Source: a virus
IMG/VR virus record: IMGVR_UViG_3300027759_000070
Coordinates: 22,972 to 86,971 of that record
DNA: 64,000 nucleotides
Reading direction: 5' to 3' (one strand)
The notes beneath the pieces were generated by a model. That model searched no databases. It saw only the letters and a program-made list of their open reading frames with translations, and was not told the DNA's origin. Position 1 is the stretch's first letter. Each line of letters opens with the position of its first letter. Of this stretch, positions 1 to 9,767 are shown piece after piece. Made by a program: the position numbers and the translations under genes.

Positions 1-92
1 ATTATTAATGGTTATATATAATAAAAATTCTTTATTCATTATTATTATTTATTATCGAGAACAGGAAATCAATCAGGTTATATAATTTAAAC

Positions 93-125
93 AAAAAAGA
101 ACCACAGATTTCTCTGTGGTTCTTT
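93..125 (-). terminator. Intrinsic terminator after major capsid gene
   Basis: Minus strand AAAGAACCACAGA-GAAA-TCTGTGGTTCTTTTTT: 13-bp stem, GNRA loop, U-tract, just past the gp23 stop. Confidence 0.9.
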
Positions 126-152
126 ACAACTGTTTTTATTTTTAGTTTAAAA

Positions 153-1715
153 CTAAAAATATGTAGCTTGGTTCCCGGGAGTAAATGCCACGCCAAGATC
201 CTTGAGGATGATGGTGTGATAATATAGGCTTGCGCCAAAGATATTATCAACAACGCCATAACGGGTCAATAGGCCAACGCGAGGTGCGAAGTCATTTGGT
301 CCAATGGTACGTTGAATCATCACAGGGATGTATGGGCAGTAGATAATGCCAGAATCATAGAACTCAGTTCCTTTGTAGCCTAATAGTGCATATTCAATTC
401 CAGTGGAAGTTCCATTGGAATAGCCATTATCACCATAGACGCCAACATTTTGAGACTCTGTTCTTGTGTCGCGATAGATCTGGAATCTTCCTCCGAGGGA
501 GCCAACTTTAGCAACGCCAGTCTGCTGGGTGGATACGTTACCTTGAACGGTTACCCATTGGAACTCAGGCAACATTTCAAAAATAGCGCACACGCGAGGT
601 GTAGCTACGATGAAGTTTGCTGGTCCACGGCGATTGCGAATAGCAATGCGGTTTGCTTCGATGATTACTCTCTGGTAGAAGTCACGATTACGCTCAACAA
701 GCCAACGGCCATCGGCAGTAGCAGGACGCCAGACAGAATATCCCTTACCAAGACCACCGTTTAAGGAGGTTTGGATCATACGGATAATCATTTCGCGGTC
801 GATTTCGGCTTGGATCTCATATGCCATAGCATTTGTGATCTCAGCATCGATGTCGATACCGTTCATGTTCTTTAAGTCCTGTTCTAATTCGACAGACCAT
901 TTTGCACCTAATCTACGAGTACCAGCTTCAACTGCGGTTTTTTCAAAGCTAACTTCAACAGTAGGGATATTTGCATTGATTTCGAAATTCTTTAGAATTT
1001 CGGCAACGCCTCTATCCTGATCTGCGAAAGCCCATTCAGCATTACCTGAGAGAGCAGCATTTGAGGAACCAGTGAAACGAGAATCGAGATGTTGGAATCC
1101 TAATTCGTTGTCACCACCAGGAGACTTGTTATAAGGAGAAGCAGCAGATCCTGCGTAATTGACTGTAGAAGTCTGGGTTCTATACGGAGCACCAGAGCCA
1201 CTAGCAGAATTACCGGGGGCGGGTGCCCAAGTACCAACAGTAGTACCACTTAAGGTAGTAGCTTGTGAGGTATCTTGGTAAGAACCACCGAGGGTGTCTT
1301 TGCTGTACTTATAACGAAGTGCGAATGCCAATCCAACAGGACCAGACATAGGCTGAACGCCAACGATTTCGTTGGTGATCAATTCGGGGAATGTACGACG
1401 AATCATGGGAATCAAAATCTTAGGAAGACGATGATCTCCAGAAGCATAAAAATCAGAACCACCGGGGAATGCTCCACCAGTTGCTCCATTATTACCACTT
1501 CCGAAAACTCCACCTGTTCCACCAGCTACATTTGCCTCACGGAGACAGTATGCTTCTTGGTTCTCAAGTAGCATTGCAGTGTTTAAACGGGTATGTTCAT
1601 CTTCGATAGGACCAACACTCTTAGAGGTATAATCGAGCACGGGTGCCCATTTTTCCAATAGAGTCTTAGCGCGATCTTGATCGATATACGATTGTGCGGG
1701 TTTAATTTGTTTCAT
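153..1715 (-). CDS. gp23: Major capsid protein (T4 gp23 family)
   Basis: LLEKWAPVLD, GVQPMSGPVGLAFALRY, EIQAEIDRE, YCPYIP, F.PR.G..TRYG motifs; ATG at 1715 (MKQIKP) preferred to the track's TTG at 1778. Confidence 0.97.
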   Translation of the reverse strand: MKQIKPAQSYIDQDRAKTLLEKWAPVLDYTSKSVGPIEDEHTRLNTAMLLENQEAYCLREANVAGGTGGVFGSGNNGATGGAFPGGSDFYASGDHRLPKILIPMIRRTFPELITNEIVGVQPMSGPVGLAFALRYKYSKDTLGGSYQDTSQATTLSGTTVGTWAPAPGNSASGSGAPYRTQTSTVNYAGSAASPYNKSPGGDNELGFQHLDSRFTGSSNAALSGNAEWAFADQDRGVAEILKNFEINANIPTVEVSFEKTAVEAGTRRLGAKWSVELEQDLKNMNGIDIDAEITNAMAYEIQAEIDREMIIRMIQTSLNGGLGKGYSVWRPATADGRWLVERNRDFYQRVIIEANRIAIRNRRGPANFIVATPRVCAIFEMLPEFQWVTVQGNVSTQQTGVAKVGSLGGRFQIYRDTRTESQNVGVYGDNGYSNGTSTGIEYALLGYKGTEFYDSGIIYCPYIPVMIQRTIGPNDFAPRVGLLTRYGVVDNIFGASLYYHTIILKDLGVAFTPGNQATYF

Positions 1716-1817
1716 AATTTGTATTTTTCTTTCTTTTGTTTTTTCGACCTCAAGCACTAACTCAGTGCAGGAACTCAAGTAATATCTACTTCTACCAAAT
1801 TTTTATAAGTAAATATA

Positions 1818-2705
1818 TTAGTATTTACCTAATTCGTTCATATAATTTTGAACGTGTGCAAAATTTTCTTCTTTTTGTTGAACAGTATCTTGTGCGTCTT
1901 CTTCCAACACAATACGATCTTGTTTTACTTTCCTATGTTCATAGGCTTCACCCTTTAAAGTTTTGATTCTTTCTTCTTCCTTCTTATCAAACAAAGAAAG
2001 GGTATAATCAATGTTTTCTACGATAAACTTAGGAGATTTACCTTCAAATACTCTTTGTGCATACTCTTTTTTCTTGGGAGGTAGAACAGAAATTTTTTGT
2101 TCTAAAACTAAATCAGCTTTTGCTTTTGCTAAAGATTCTTTAAGATCTTTAACTTCTGATTCTAATTTTGTGGAAGATTGTTTGAATGAATCAATTTGAG
2201 TTTTACCATCAAGTAAAGCGTCTTTTAATGATTCGTTCATCAAAGCAGAGTTAATAGCCAATGATTCGCGAAGATTGTTTAAGATAGTACGAGCCTTTTG
2301 GTTTTTGACCGCTTCTTCAATTGATTTCTTAGGGATTTTGGATTCAATAAACAAATCCATATAATGAGAAATTCTTTCTACTAAATCTTCTTTAAACTGA
2401 GATGCTTGCTCGTTTACAATGTTTTGGTACTTTTTAATTACCATTTGTAATTTTGCGGTGTTATTAGCATCCATTGCTTCAACAACTCTTTCCAACTTTT
2501 TGCTATGATCTTGATCAATGGCTTCCAACAATTGTTCAGCCTTATCAGTATATTCGGAGTCTTGTTCTGTTAAAGCTTTTTCAACGTGAATTTTAACTCT
2601 TTCGTTTACTGCTGTATCAAAAGCTTCTTGTATTTGATCGAGAGTCTGATCGGTTAGAATTCCTTGGGTTGCTTCTTTTAAAAGATTTGAAATTTCCTTT
2701 GCCAT
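1818..2705 (-). CDS. gp22: Prohead core scaffolding protein (gp22-like)
   Basis: Acidic coiled-coil 295 aa protein between protease and capsid genes. Confidence 0.8.
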   Translation of the reverse strand: MAKEISNLLKEATQGILTDQTLDQIQEAFDTAVNERVKIHVEKALTEQDSEYTDKAEQLLEAIDQDHSKKLERVVEAMDANNTAKLQMVIKKYQNIVNEQASQFKEDLVERISHYMDLFIESKIPKKSIEEAVKNQKARTILNNLRESLAINSALMNESLKDALLDGKTQIDSFKQSSTKLESEVKDLKESLAKAKADLVLEQKISVLPPKKKEYAQRVFEGKSPKFIVENIDYTLSLFDKKEEERIKTLKGEAYEHRKVKQDRIVLEEDAQDTVQQKEENFAHVQNYMNELGKY

Positions 2706-2728
2706 AATATTAGTTATTCTTTTTATAA

Positions 2729-3043
2729 TTATTTACTTGATTTCTTCCCTTGTTTTTTAACAAATTTTGGATTTTTATCATCAGATTTTGGAAATAAATC
2801 TTTTTTTGCTGCCTCTGCAATAGTTTTTTTGATTTTATTTTGAATTACAACTTCAAGTAATGTATGTGCTTTTTTATAATTTTCACAAATCATTAAATCA
2901 ACAAACTTTAAAAGATTTTCGTCAAGTTTCTTTTTGCCCTTCTTTTCAACCTTTTTCTCGTCTTTCTGTTCGTCCTTTTGTTGACCCTTCTTTTTGAATG
3001 GGACAAAACCTTTTGGAAGTTTTTTCTTTTTGTCTTTAGCCAT
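2729..3043 (-). CDS. Small Lys-rich protein, probable prohead core/internal protein
   Basis: 104 aa, very basic, LDE protease-type site, CTAAATA 5 nt before ATG. Confidence 0.55.
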   Translation of the reverse strand: MAKDKKKKLPKGFVPFKKKGQQKDEQKDEKKVEKKGKKKLDENLLKFVDLMICENYKKAHTLLEVVIQNKIKKTIAEAAKKDLFPKSDDKNPKFVKKQGKKSSK

Positions 3044-3051
3044 ATTTTTAT

Positions 3052-3723
3052 TTAGTTAAATTTGATCTTATTTAAGAAATCCAATATAGATTCTTTTAAA
3101 TATTGTTCTACTTCTCTTTTAGGAAGACTACTAATTTTGTTTTCAAAGTCAGCATATAATTCTTCAAATTGACCAGACTCTGCTAAAACCCATTGTTTAG
3201 ATTCTAAAATACCATTTACAAATGCTTTAGGGAATGATGGGTCTGCTACACAGTCTACAGAAATTAAACGCAATTCCTTTACGATGTTTTTACCACCAGC
3301 AGCTTCTTCGAGTTGTCCTAGTGCTCTAGAACTCATACCCACCTTTACACCATCTTGAATTAATGCGCGAACTATGTGTCCACATGGAGTAGTTAATACT
3401 TTACTTTTACCATGAAATACATTACCTTCTTGGTATAAATCTGTAACCAAATGACAAGCTTTATCTAAACTTACTTCAGCAGTACTTTCGTGATTGAGTG
3501 TACCCATTGATCTACCAGTATTAATCATTTCGCTCTTGTATCGATTAACTTCTTTAACCATTTCATCCAATTTATATAAACGATTGTTTCTGTTAAAACT
3601 TTCAGCCATCATATATGGACCTTTAATAAAAAGTGTAGATGGGCTTTTTCTATCTTTTTCTTCAAAGATATACTCAAATTGTTCTTCTGGAGCTGGTTTT
3701 TCTACAATTAAACGTAGTGACAT
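3052..3723 (-). CDS. gp21: Prohead protease (gp21)
   Basis: NRNNRLY, GTLNH, GMSSRALG, DCVADPS motifs. Confidence 0.95.
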   Translation of the reverse strand: MSLRLIVEKPAPEEQFEYIFEEKDRKSPSTLFIKGPYMMAESFNRNNRLYKLDEMVKEVNRYKSEMINTGRSMGTLNHESTAEVSLDKACHLVTDLYQEGNVFHGKSKVLTTPCGHIVRALIQDGVKVGMSSRALGQLEEAAGGKNIVKELRLISVDCVADPSFPKAFVNGILESKQWVLAESGQFEELYADFENKISSLPKREVEQYLKESILDFLNKIKFN

Positions 3724-3797
3724 AAAACTATTTAGATTATTTATTCATTTTTTTAAGAGCAATTAAGTTAAAAAATAATATTTTCCTAAATAATGTT

Positions 3798-4844
3798 ATG
3801 AGTAATGATTCAAATTTAATATTTGAAAGGTATATGGAATCTATTGATGAGGCATTTATGCCTTGGAAAAATGGCAGAAAAGCTGCTGCTGGTTTAGGTA
3901 AAAAAACTTTAGTAAGACACGATACACAAATTCGTGCAAGAAACGACATAAGAGAACAAAACATAAAGATTGCAATTGAAAATGATTCTACTCTTAATAT
4001 TTTGGATGCTCTCTCTGAAAGATTCTACAAAGGCAATGTCAAAAAGGTAAAAACATTAATGGCTGAATATACGGGAGTTGGTAACCCTGAAGTAAAAACA
4101 ATGTTCAATCCACTAGAATATGGTCTAGAACCATACACTATACCATTACACGATATTCCAAATAGAATATTAGCAGTTCAAGCTAGACATCCACAAATCA
4201 CAGGACATACTATAGGTCAAAATTTACAAAGAAATTTATTAAAAAATTATTATGAATTGTTGTGTGATGTTTATCGATCAAAAGGTGGAAATCCAGATGA
4301 CGTAAATGAATTGGAATTGGTTTTATCTTTCCCAACTAGGATACATCACGAATTTAAAAAATGGGGAGATGAACATCGTGATGTATTAAGACCACAAATA
4401 TTTGGTGGAGAATCTGAAGCAGATAGAAATAATCAATTTGTTCACATTACTAATGTTCGTGAATTACAAGGAAGAAATTGGGAAAGATTAAGTAAAGCAG
4501 AAAAGATAGGCAATCTTTTATTTTGGGGTGATCCTAGGACTCCAGAATCTGAATATGATACCACTTACAAACCCGAATCAGCAAAAACTCCAGAAAATTT
4601 AGCAGGAAGAACTTTAGAAAATCCTGATAGAAAACAACTAACCAAAAAAACAAAAGCATGGCCCAAAGCTAAACCATCACCAGAAGAAAAAGAAAAGAAA
4701 AAGAACGAAACATTAGTCCCTGCATTTGGTTCCACCGAAACCAAACAAGAAGAACCAAAACCAGCTAAGAAAAAGAAACCAACAAAAAAACCAACAAAAG
4801 TTAAAGAATCATATCAACCATTTATAAGAGTTATTCCTTTCTAA
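3798..4844 (+). CDS. Hypothetical late protein, possible internal head protein
   Basis: 348 aa ORF with CTAAATA-N5-ATG; N-terminus LIFERYMESIDE; K/P-rich C-terminus. Confidence 0.7.
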   Translation: MSNDSNLIFERYMESIDEAFMPWKNGRKAAAGLGKKTLVRHDTQIRARNDIREQNIKIAIENDSTLNILDALSERFYKGNVKKVKTLMAEYTGVGNPEVKTMFNPLEYGLEPYTIPLHDIPNRILAVQARHPQITGHTIGQNLQRNLLKNYYELLCDVYRSKGGNPDDVNELELVLSFPTRIHHEFKKWGDEHRDVLRPQIFGGESEADRNNQFVHITNVRELQGRNWERLSKAEKIGNLLFWGDPRTPESEYDTTYKPESAKTPENLAGRTLENPDRKQLTKKTKAWPKAKPSPEEKEKKKNETLVPAFGSTETKQEEPKPAKKKKPTKKPTKVKESYQPFIRVIPF

Positions 4845-5292
4845 ATAAATCTTTTTCGGTTATAATTATAAACTCAGCACCTTTGGAAGCCGCGAATTTT
4901 TTCGCGGCTTCCCATTTTGCACTATTAACAGCCCATTGAGTTGTTTCGTATATTATAGTTTGCTTTTTCTTTTTCTTTGTGATGGTTGGTGGTTGTGTTT
5001 GTTTGAATGGTTTAATCTCTATCAAATATTTTTTAATCTTATTTCCTTCTTTAATCACAACATAATTATCCACATAATATCGATGCATACGATTATCTAC
5101 TGGACTTTTATATGGGACTATAATGTTTTCCGATCCCCATTCTAAAACATTGGGATTACTATCAGCCCACAAGAAAAATGTACGTTCAAAAGAAGAACGA
5201 AATATTGCAAACTTCCCTATGAATTTTTGGGGATTTTTTGGTTGAAACACACCCTGTTTATATCTTTCATCTTTTTTAAAAATTGGTGGCAT
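4831..5292 (-). CDS. gp4: Head completion nuclease (gp4, TnsA-like)
   Basis: YKQG.F.PKNP.K, RSS.E, W.SE...VPY, HRYYVD, EIKP, AKWEAA motifs. Confidence 0.93.
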   Translation of the reverse strand: MPPIFKKDERYKQGVFQPKNPQKFIGKFAIFRSSFERTFFLWADSNPNVLEWGSENIIVPYKSPVDNRMHRYYVDNYVVIKEGNKIKKYLIEIKPFKQTQPPTITKKKKKQTIIYETTQWAVNSAKWEAAKKFAASKGAEFIIITEKDLFRKE

Positions 5293-5293
5293 A

Positions 5294-5836
5294 TTATTTT
5301 TTGAATATACTTAGTAATCCTTTACTAGCACCTGATGGAATAAAATACATTGCTGCTGCTACCAATGCTAATATTACTGCACATATTGTATAAAATTTTC
5401 TATTTCTAGCAGCCTGATCTTTTTTTAATGCTTCGAATTCTATATTGGAAGTTACCAATTTACCAACTTCTTCTGCATCTTTTCTCTTTAAATCTGCAAT
5501 AGAATTCTTCTGTTTCTCGTCTTCCAAAATAACTTTTTCAACTGCTTTATCTAATTCTTCTCCATTTAAATTTTTTAATTCTTTTCCATCATCAATATCA
5601 ACACCTAATAGTGATTGTGATTTCTCTAAAAGATCTTTAACTCTTTTAATATCAATAGTTCCAGAATTTACCTGTAACATTTGTGTGGCTTTTACTAAAA
5701 AATCTTTAGCATCATCGGTTAATTTATCTTGTTTTTGTTCTATCTGTTGTTGATATATTGTGTGTTGTACTGCCGTAGTAGCACAACCAGAAAACAACAA
5801 ACATATCGTCAATATAATAGAATGTATATATTTCAT
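5294..5836 (-). CDS. Lipoprotein with C-terminal transmembrane helix (candidate unimolecular spanin)
   Basis: Signal peptide ending LLFSG-C (lipobox-like), helical middle region, C-terminal FYTICAVILALVAAAMYFI. Confidence 0.6.
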   Translation of the reverse strand: MKYIHSIILTICLLFSGCATTAVQHTIYQQQIEQKQDKLTDDAKDFLVKATQMLQVNSGTIDIKRVKDLLEKSQSLLGVDIDDGKELKNLNGEELDKAVEKVILEDEKQKNSIADLKRKDAEEVGKLVTSNIEFEALKKDQAARNRKFYTICAVILALVAAAMYFIPSGASKGLLSIFKK

Positions 5837-5927
5837 TTAATTATTTAACATAATTAAACTTAACTATAGAATTATTCGGAAATGTATGTCCTAATTATTT
5901 AGTCTACTATTAATGGATCTCCATCAC

Positions 5928-7097
5928 CTAACCTACAAAAAATATACAAGGGTCGCTATCGCCCAGGGCAGCAGCATTGGTATATAACTGCTCTTCTAGT
6001 TTATTTTTTTCTTCAATTCCTTGGCTCATGATTTCTGTAGTAAATACCTGACCCCCAAATAAATTTACTTGACTGAATTTACTTCTAGTATGTCCAACCA
6101 TTATTTTTGTTAAAGCTAATGCATATTGATAAACCCAAATTTCTTTTATTAAATCTCTTATTGGCTTTTCTATATAACAATTAATAACTCCATAAAATCT
6201 AACCGAATCGTTTGGTTCTGGATAAATTTTCATATATTGAGTTCTGTCATTAAATTCATAAGATCTTTTAGTTGCCAATACTTTTTCTCTAGTTTCTAAC
6301 CAGTTTTTAACACTATACCAACTTATTAAATCAAATCCATAATTACCCATTGCATAACTAAAATATGTTTGTTGTGCTAATGTTTGTTCTATAGTAAATA
6401 ATGTATTAATTCCAGTCGTGGAACCTTCTTCGAAGTCAGTAACCGCAATTACTTTTCTGTAATCCATCATGTCATAGTCAAACATATTATTGTATATAAC
6501 AGTTTCTTGACCAGTTTTTTCTCCCATTGTTGTTAATTCTTGCTTATAAGATGAAACAAAATATGATGATATTGGTATTACATGTAATACTGGATCAGCA
6601 GCAAATGCTGTTACCATTTGATTATATAAAGAATAGTTTAATATAACATTCTTTTCCAAGCCATCTGTATATTTTGCTGATAATTCTGAATTTAATGCAA
6701 AAAATGCTTTATTTAAAGATGATAAAGAAATATAAAATGTATCAGTATTCTGTAAATATGGCGCAGTATCTACTGATAAAGTTTTATGCGTTACTGCTGA
6801 TCTAGACATGTCAGATTTTGCTAATGTATACAAATGATCTAATCGTATACCTCTACCTCTTTCATATAAAGCCGAATTTATAATCAAATATTCTTTGGTA
6901 TAACCAGCATATTTCGAAAACATTTCACATGCCATCGAAATTGCTTCGAATATTTGATCCTGATGGATCTCTACAGAAATCAATGGTGCTCCGATAGATC
7001 TGACTATACGATCAGCCAGTCTTTGGAAACTATCAATTTTACTATTTAAATTAGTGCTTTGAAATGCAGATATCGGTGTTATTAGACATTGGCTCAT
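5928..7097 (-). CDS. gp13: Neck protein (gp13-like)
   Basis: RIVRSIGAPLISVEIH..QI N-terminus, WVYQYALALTK, KF..V.L.GG, terminal FFVG. Confidence 0.85.
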   Translation of the reverse strand: MSQCLITPISAFQSTNLNSKIDSFQRLADRIVRSIGAPLISVEIHQDQIFEAISMACEMFSKYAGYTKEYLIINSALYERGRGIRLDHLYTLAKSDMSRSAVTHKTLSVDTAPYLQNTDTFYISLSSLNKAFFALNSELSAKYTDGLEKNVILNYSLYNQMVTAFAADPVLHVIPISSYFVSSYKQELTTMGEKTGQETVIYNNMFDYDMMDYRKVIAVTDFEEGSTTGINTLFTIEQTLAQQTYFSYAMGNYGFDLISWYSVKNWLETREKVLATKRSYEFNDRTQYMKIYPEPNDSVRFYGVINCYIEKPIRDLIKEIWVYQYALALTKIMVGHTRSKFSQVNLFGGQVFTTEIMSQGIEEKNKLEEQLYTNAAALGDSDPCIFFVG

Positions 7098-7107
7098 AAA
7101 TATATTA

Positions 7108-7935
7108 ATGAAGAAACATTTTTTGATGATAAAAACTCATAATATAACTAAATTGAAATATCTTTGTTATCATTTTGGTGATAATGCATCTTGTTATATT
7201 TATCCGGGTTCTGGTAAATATTGGAAACTACATATTAAAAAACATGGTAAAAATATTTCCACCGAAATATTAGGAGAATATTCATCATTAGAAGATGCTA
7301 ACATAAATGGATTATTTTATTCAAAATTATATAATGTTGTCGAATCAAAAGATTTCGCAAATATTATAGTTGAAGATGCTAGTCATAATTTTAATCATCT
7401 TACCAAAGAACAAAGAAAAAAATCATTAGAAAATCGAGAAAAAAGAAGAAAAGAAAAAGGATTTACTGAATCCGAAATTTTAAACCACAAAAGATTTAAA
7501 AGTCTTAAATGGAGACTAACAGAAAATAGAGAAACCCATTATAAAAATAGAACAAATCGTTTAAGTAATAAACAATTTACTGAATCAGAATTGGCTGGAT
7601 ATAAAAGAATGAGCAAAAAACAAAAAGGTATATCATCTGCTATAAGATATAATATTGCAGGTTACACCAATCCAACTAAAGGTAAATCATTTAAAGAGAC
7701 TATAGGACCAGATTATATACATCCCAAAAGAAAACAATGGCATTTAATAGTAAATGGAGAATCTAAATTTGTTATAGATAGTACTAAAGAATTACGAAAA
7801 ATTATATCGGATTCTATAATAAAACAAATTAAAAATAATAATTTTTATGAAGTAATTAGATATAATAACACAAAACATCAATTCAAAACTGGAGATATTT
7901 TAGAATTGAAATATATCGGATATTCTGGCGATTAA
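7108..7935 (+). CDS. Free-standing homing endonuclease (Seg/GIY-YIG-like)
   Basis: H.ITKLKYL..., YPGSGKYWKLHIKKHGK, FAN N-terminal domain with basic C-terminal region; inverted between portal and neck genes. Confidence 0.7.
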   Translation: MKKHFLMIKTHNITKLKYLCYHFGDNASCYIYPGSGKYWKLHIKKHGKNISTEILGEYSSLEDANINGLFYSKLYNVVESKDFANIIVEDASHNFNHLTKEQRKKSLENREKRRKEKGFTESEILNHKRFKSLKWRLTENRETHYKNRTNRLSNKQFTESELAGYKRMSKKQKGISSAIRYNIAGYTNPTKGKSFKETIGPDYIHPKRKQWHLIVNGESKFVIDSTKELRKIISDSIIKQIKNNNFYEVIRYNNTKHQFKTGDILELKYIGYSGD

Positions 7936-7943
7936 ATTTAAAT

Positions 7944-9752
7944 TTATTCTGGTGCTGCTTCTGGTGCTGGAGGTGGAGTTCCTGCTCCAGCTTCAGGCGG
8001 TGGTGTTCCACCAGCTTCTGGTCCTACTGCTGCTGGTCCACCAGCAAACGCAGGAGGCATTCCTCCTCCACCACCTCCTCCACCACCACCAGCTTCAGGG
8101 GGAGGACCACCAGCTTCAGCTCCTGCTCCACCAGCTTCAGCTTGAGCGGCCAAGGCTTCTTTCCACTTAGGTCCAAGAGTTTCTATTTGGGTCAATTCCC
8201 ATTTTAGTTCTTTATCTTTTCTTAAGAATTCTCTGTTAGCTTTAATATCAACATCAGTCCAACCCAAATATCTTTTTTGTGCAAAAGTTTGCGATACCGA
8301 TTCATTTGATGCTAGATTTCCAAAATTTGCAACCTTTAATTCTAATTTTTGACTTTCACGAAGTTCATAGAAATTCGTTGGAACATTAAATTCCATTTGA
8401 ATTGATTCTTCATTTAAATCAAATTCTTTCCATAATCCTTTTAATTGTAAATGAGTTATGAAACTGGATTTTATACCATTAGCAAACAATTGTTGTTGGC
8501 GAATAATGAAACGTGCAAACTTTAATTCTTCTCGAAGCATATCTGCTCCATCACGGAATGCATCTTGTGGATCTAAACGAGTAGTAGGAACTTTTAAAGA
8601 TTGATATAATTTCTTGACGAAATACATCAAATCAGTTAATTCACCAAGATTTGCAGCACCTGCTAATTGATCTACGGTTGTACCTTCAGAACCTGCACGT
8701 TTTGCAAACCAAAAGTTATCAAGAATAGATTGTGGATTAAACTTTTGTACGATTCCTCCCTTATCTGGATCGTATGTTTTAGATGACCAATACGAAGAAA
8801 TTAATTTACGAAGATATGCTTCTGCTTTTGGTGCTGGCATATTACCAACATCCACATTGAATACTAGACGTTCTGGTGCTCTGGCAAGACGATATATAAC
8901 AATTGAATCTTCGATCATCGACAACTGACGATATGCTCTACGACAATTTTCCAAAAATGGAAGGCGCATAGTTTTGCTTTCATTCCAAACATCAGAATTA
9001 ATGTAAGTAATCTGATTTTTATCCATAGGAACAAAATCTACACCAATTTGTTTTAATGGATTATTTGGATCAAATTTCGGTTTTCTGAAAAGATATCCTT
9101 TTACTAAAACATTTTGTACATTTGAAAATACTGGATCAATTAACTCTGTCGGAACCTGCACAACACCTAATATGCCTTCATCTGGATAATCTTTGTGTAT
9201 AATATGTTCCCAATAAATTTCACCTTCAACCAATAATTGTCTAAAATAAGACCATCCTTTATGTTCAAGATCAAAGTGAGAAGTAAATTTTAAAAATTCT
9301 TTTTGTAATGCTTCTGATTGAAAATTAGATAAAGCTAAATTCTTAAATTTCAAATTCATACAACTATTTGTATGAGAATCAATGTTTATTATTTCATCAC
9401 ATATTTCATCTAAAGCATTTGCAACTTCGGAAAATGCTCCCATGATTCGATAATCACGAACCCTTGCCAATTTATCCTTTTGGATATTGGCATACATGAC
9501 TTCACTATAACGCTTATCGGCAGTTATGTCTCCAATAGGATTATTGTTATAATCAAAATTTTGTGATATTGAATGTCTAGATAAAACTTCTGCTCTTTTT
9601 GAGCCTGTATCTTCAAAATATTTGTACTTAGGATTTAAATTATTGGTTAAATCCGATACTTCAAAGTTACCATATGGTAACTTTGAAGAGATATATGACA
9701 TTAAATCTCTTCCGAAAGTAGATATTTTTCCATCATCAAAATTTGTCGGCAT
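7944..9752 (-). CDS. gp20: Portal protein (gp20)
   Basis: IEDSIVIYRLARAPERLVFNVDVGNMP..KAE.YL, YFVKKLY.SLKVP..R, REELKF. Confidence 0.97.
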   Translation of the reverse strand: MPTNFDDGKISTFGRDLMSYISSKLPYGNFEVSDLTNNLNPKYKYFEDTGSKRAEVLSRHSISQNFDYNNNPIGDITADKRYSEVMYANIQKDKLARVRDYRIMGAFSEVANALDEICDEIINIDSHTNSCMNLKFKNLALSNFQSEALQKEFLKFTSHFDLEHKGWSYFRQLLVEGEIYWEHIIHKDYPDEGILGVVQVPTELIDPVFSNVQNVLVKGYLFRKPKFDPNNPLKQIGVDFVPMDKNQITYINSDVWNESKTMRLPFLENCRRAYRQLSMIEDSIVIYRLARAPERLVFNVDVGNMPAPKAEAYLRKLISSYWSSKTYDPDKGGIVQKFNPQSILDNFWFAKRAGSEGTTVDQLAGAANLGELTDLMYFVKKLYQSLKVPTTRLDPQDAFRDGADMLREELKFARFIIRQQQLFANGIKSSFITHLQLKGLWKEFDLNEESIQMEFNVPTNFYELRESQKLELKVANFGNLASNESVSQTFAQKRYLGWTDVDIKANREFLRKDKELKWELTQIETLGPKWKEALAAQAEAGGAGAEAGGPPPEAGGGGGGGGGGMPPAFAGGPAAVGPEAGGTPPPEAGAGTPPPAPEAAPE

Positions 9753-9767
9753 GTTGATATTTATCTA

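Noticed and set aside
450-1571. Plus-strand ORFs inside gp23, and similar short antisense ORFs throughout the track
   Set aside because: Fully overlap well-supported genes on the opposite strand and show no motifs or promoters
7952-8170. 72 aa Leu/Gln/His-rich ORF
   Set aside because: Antisense reading of the portal's low-complexity tail
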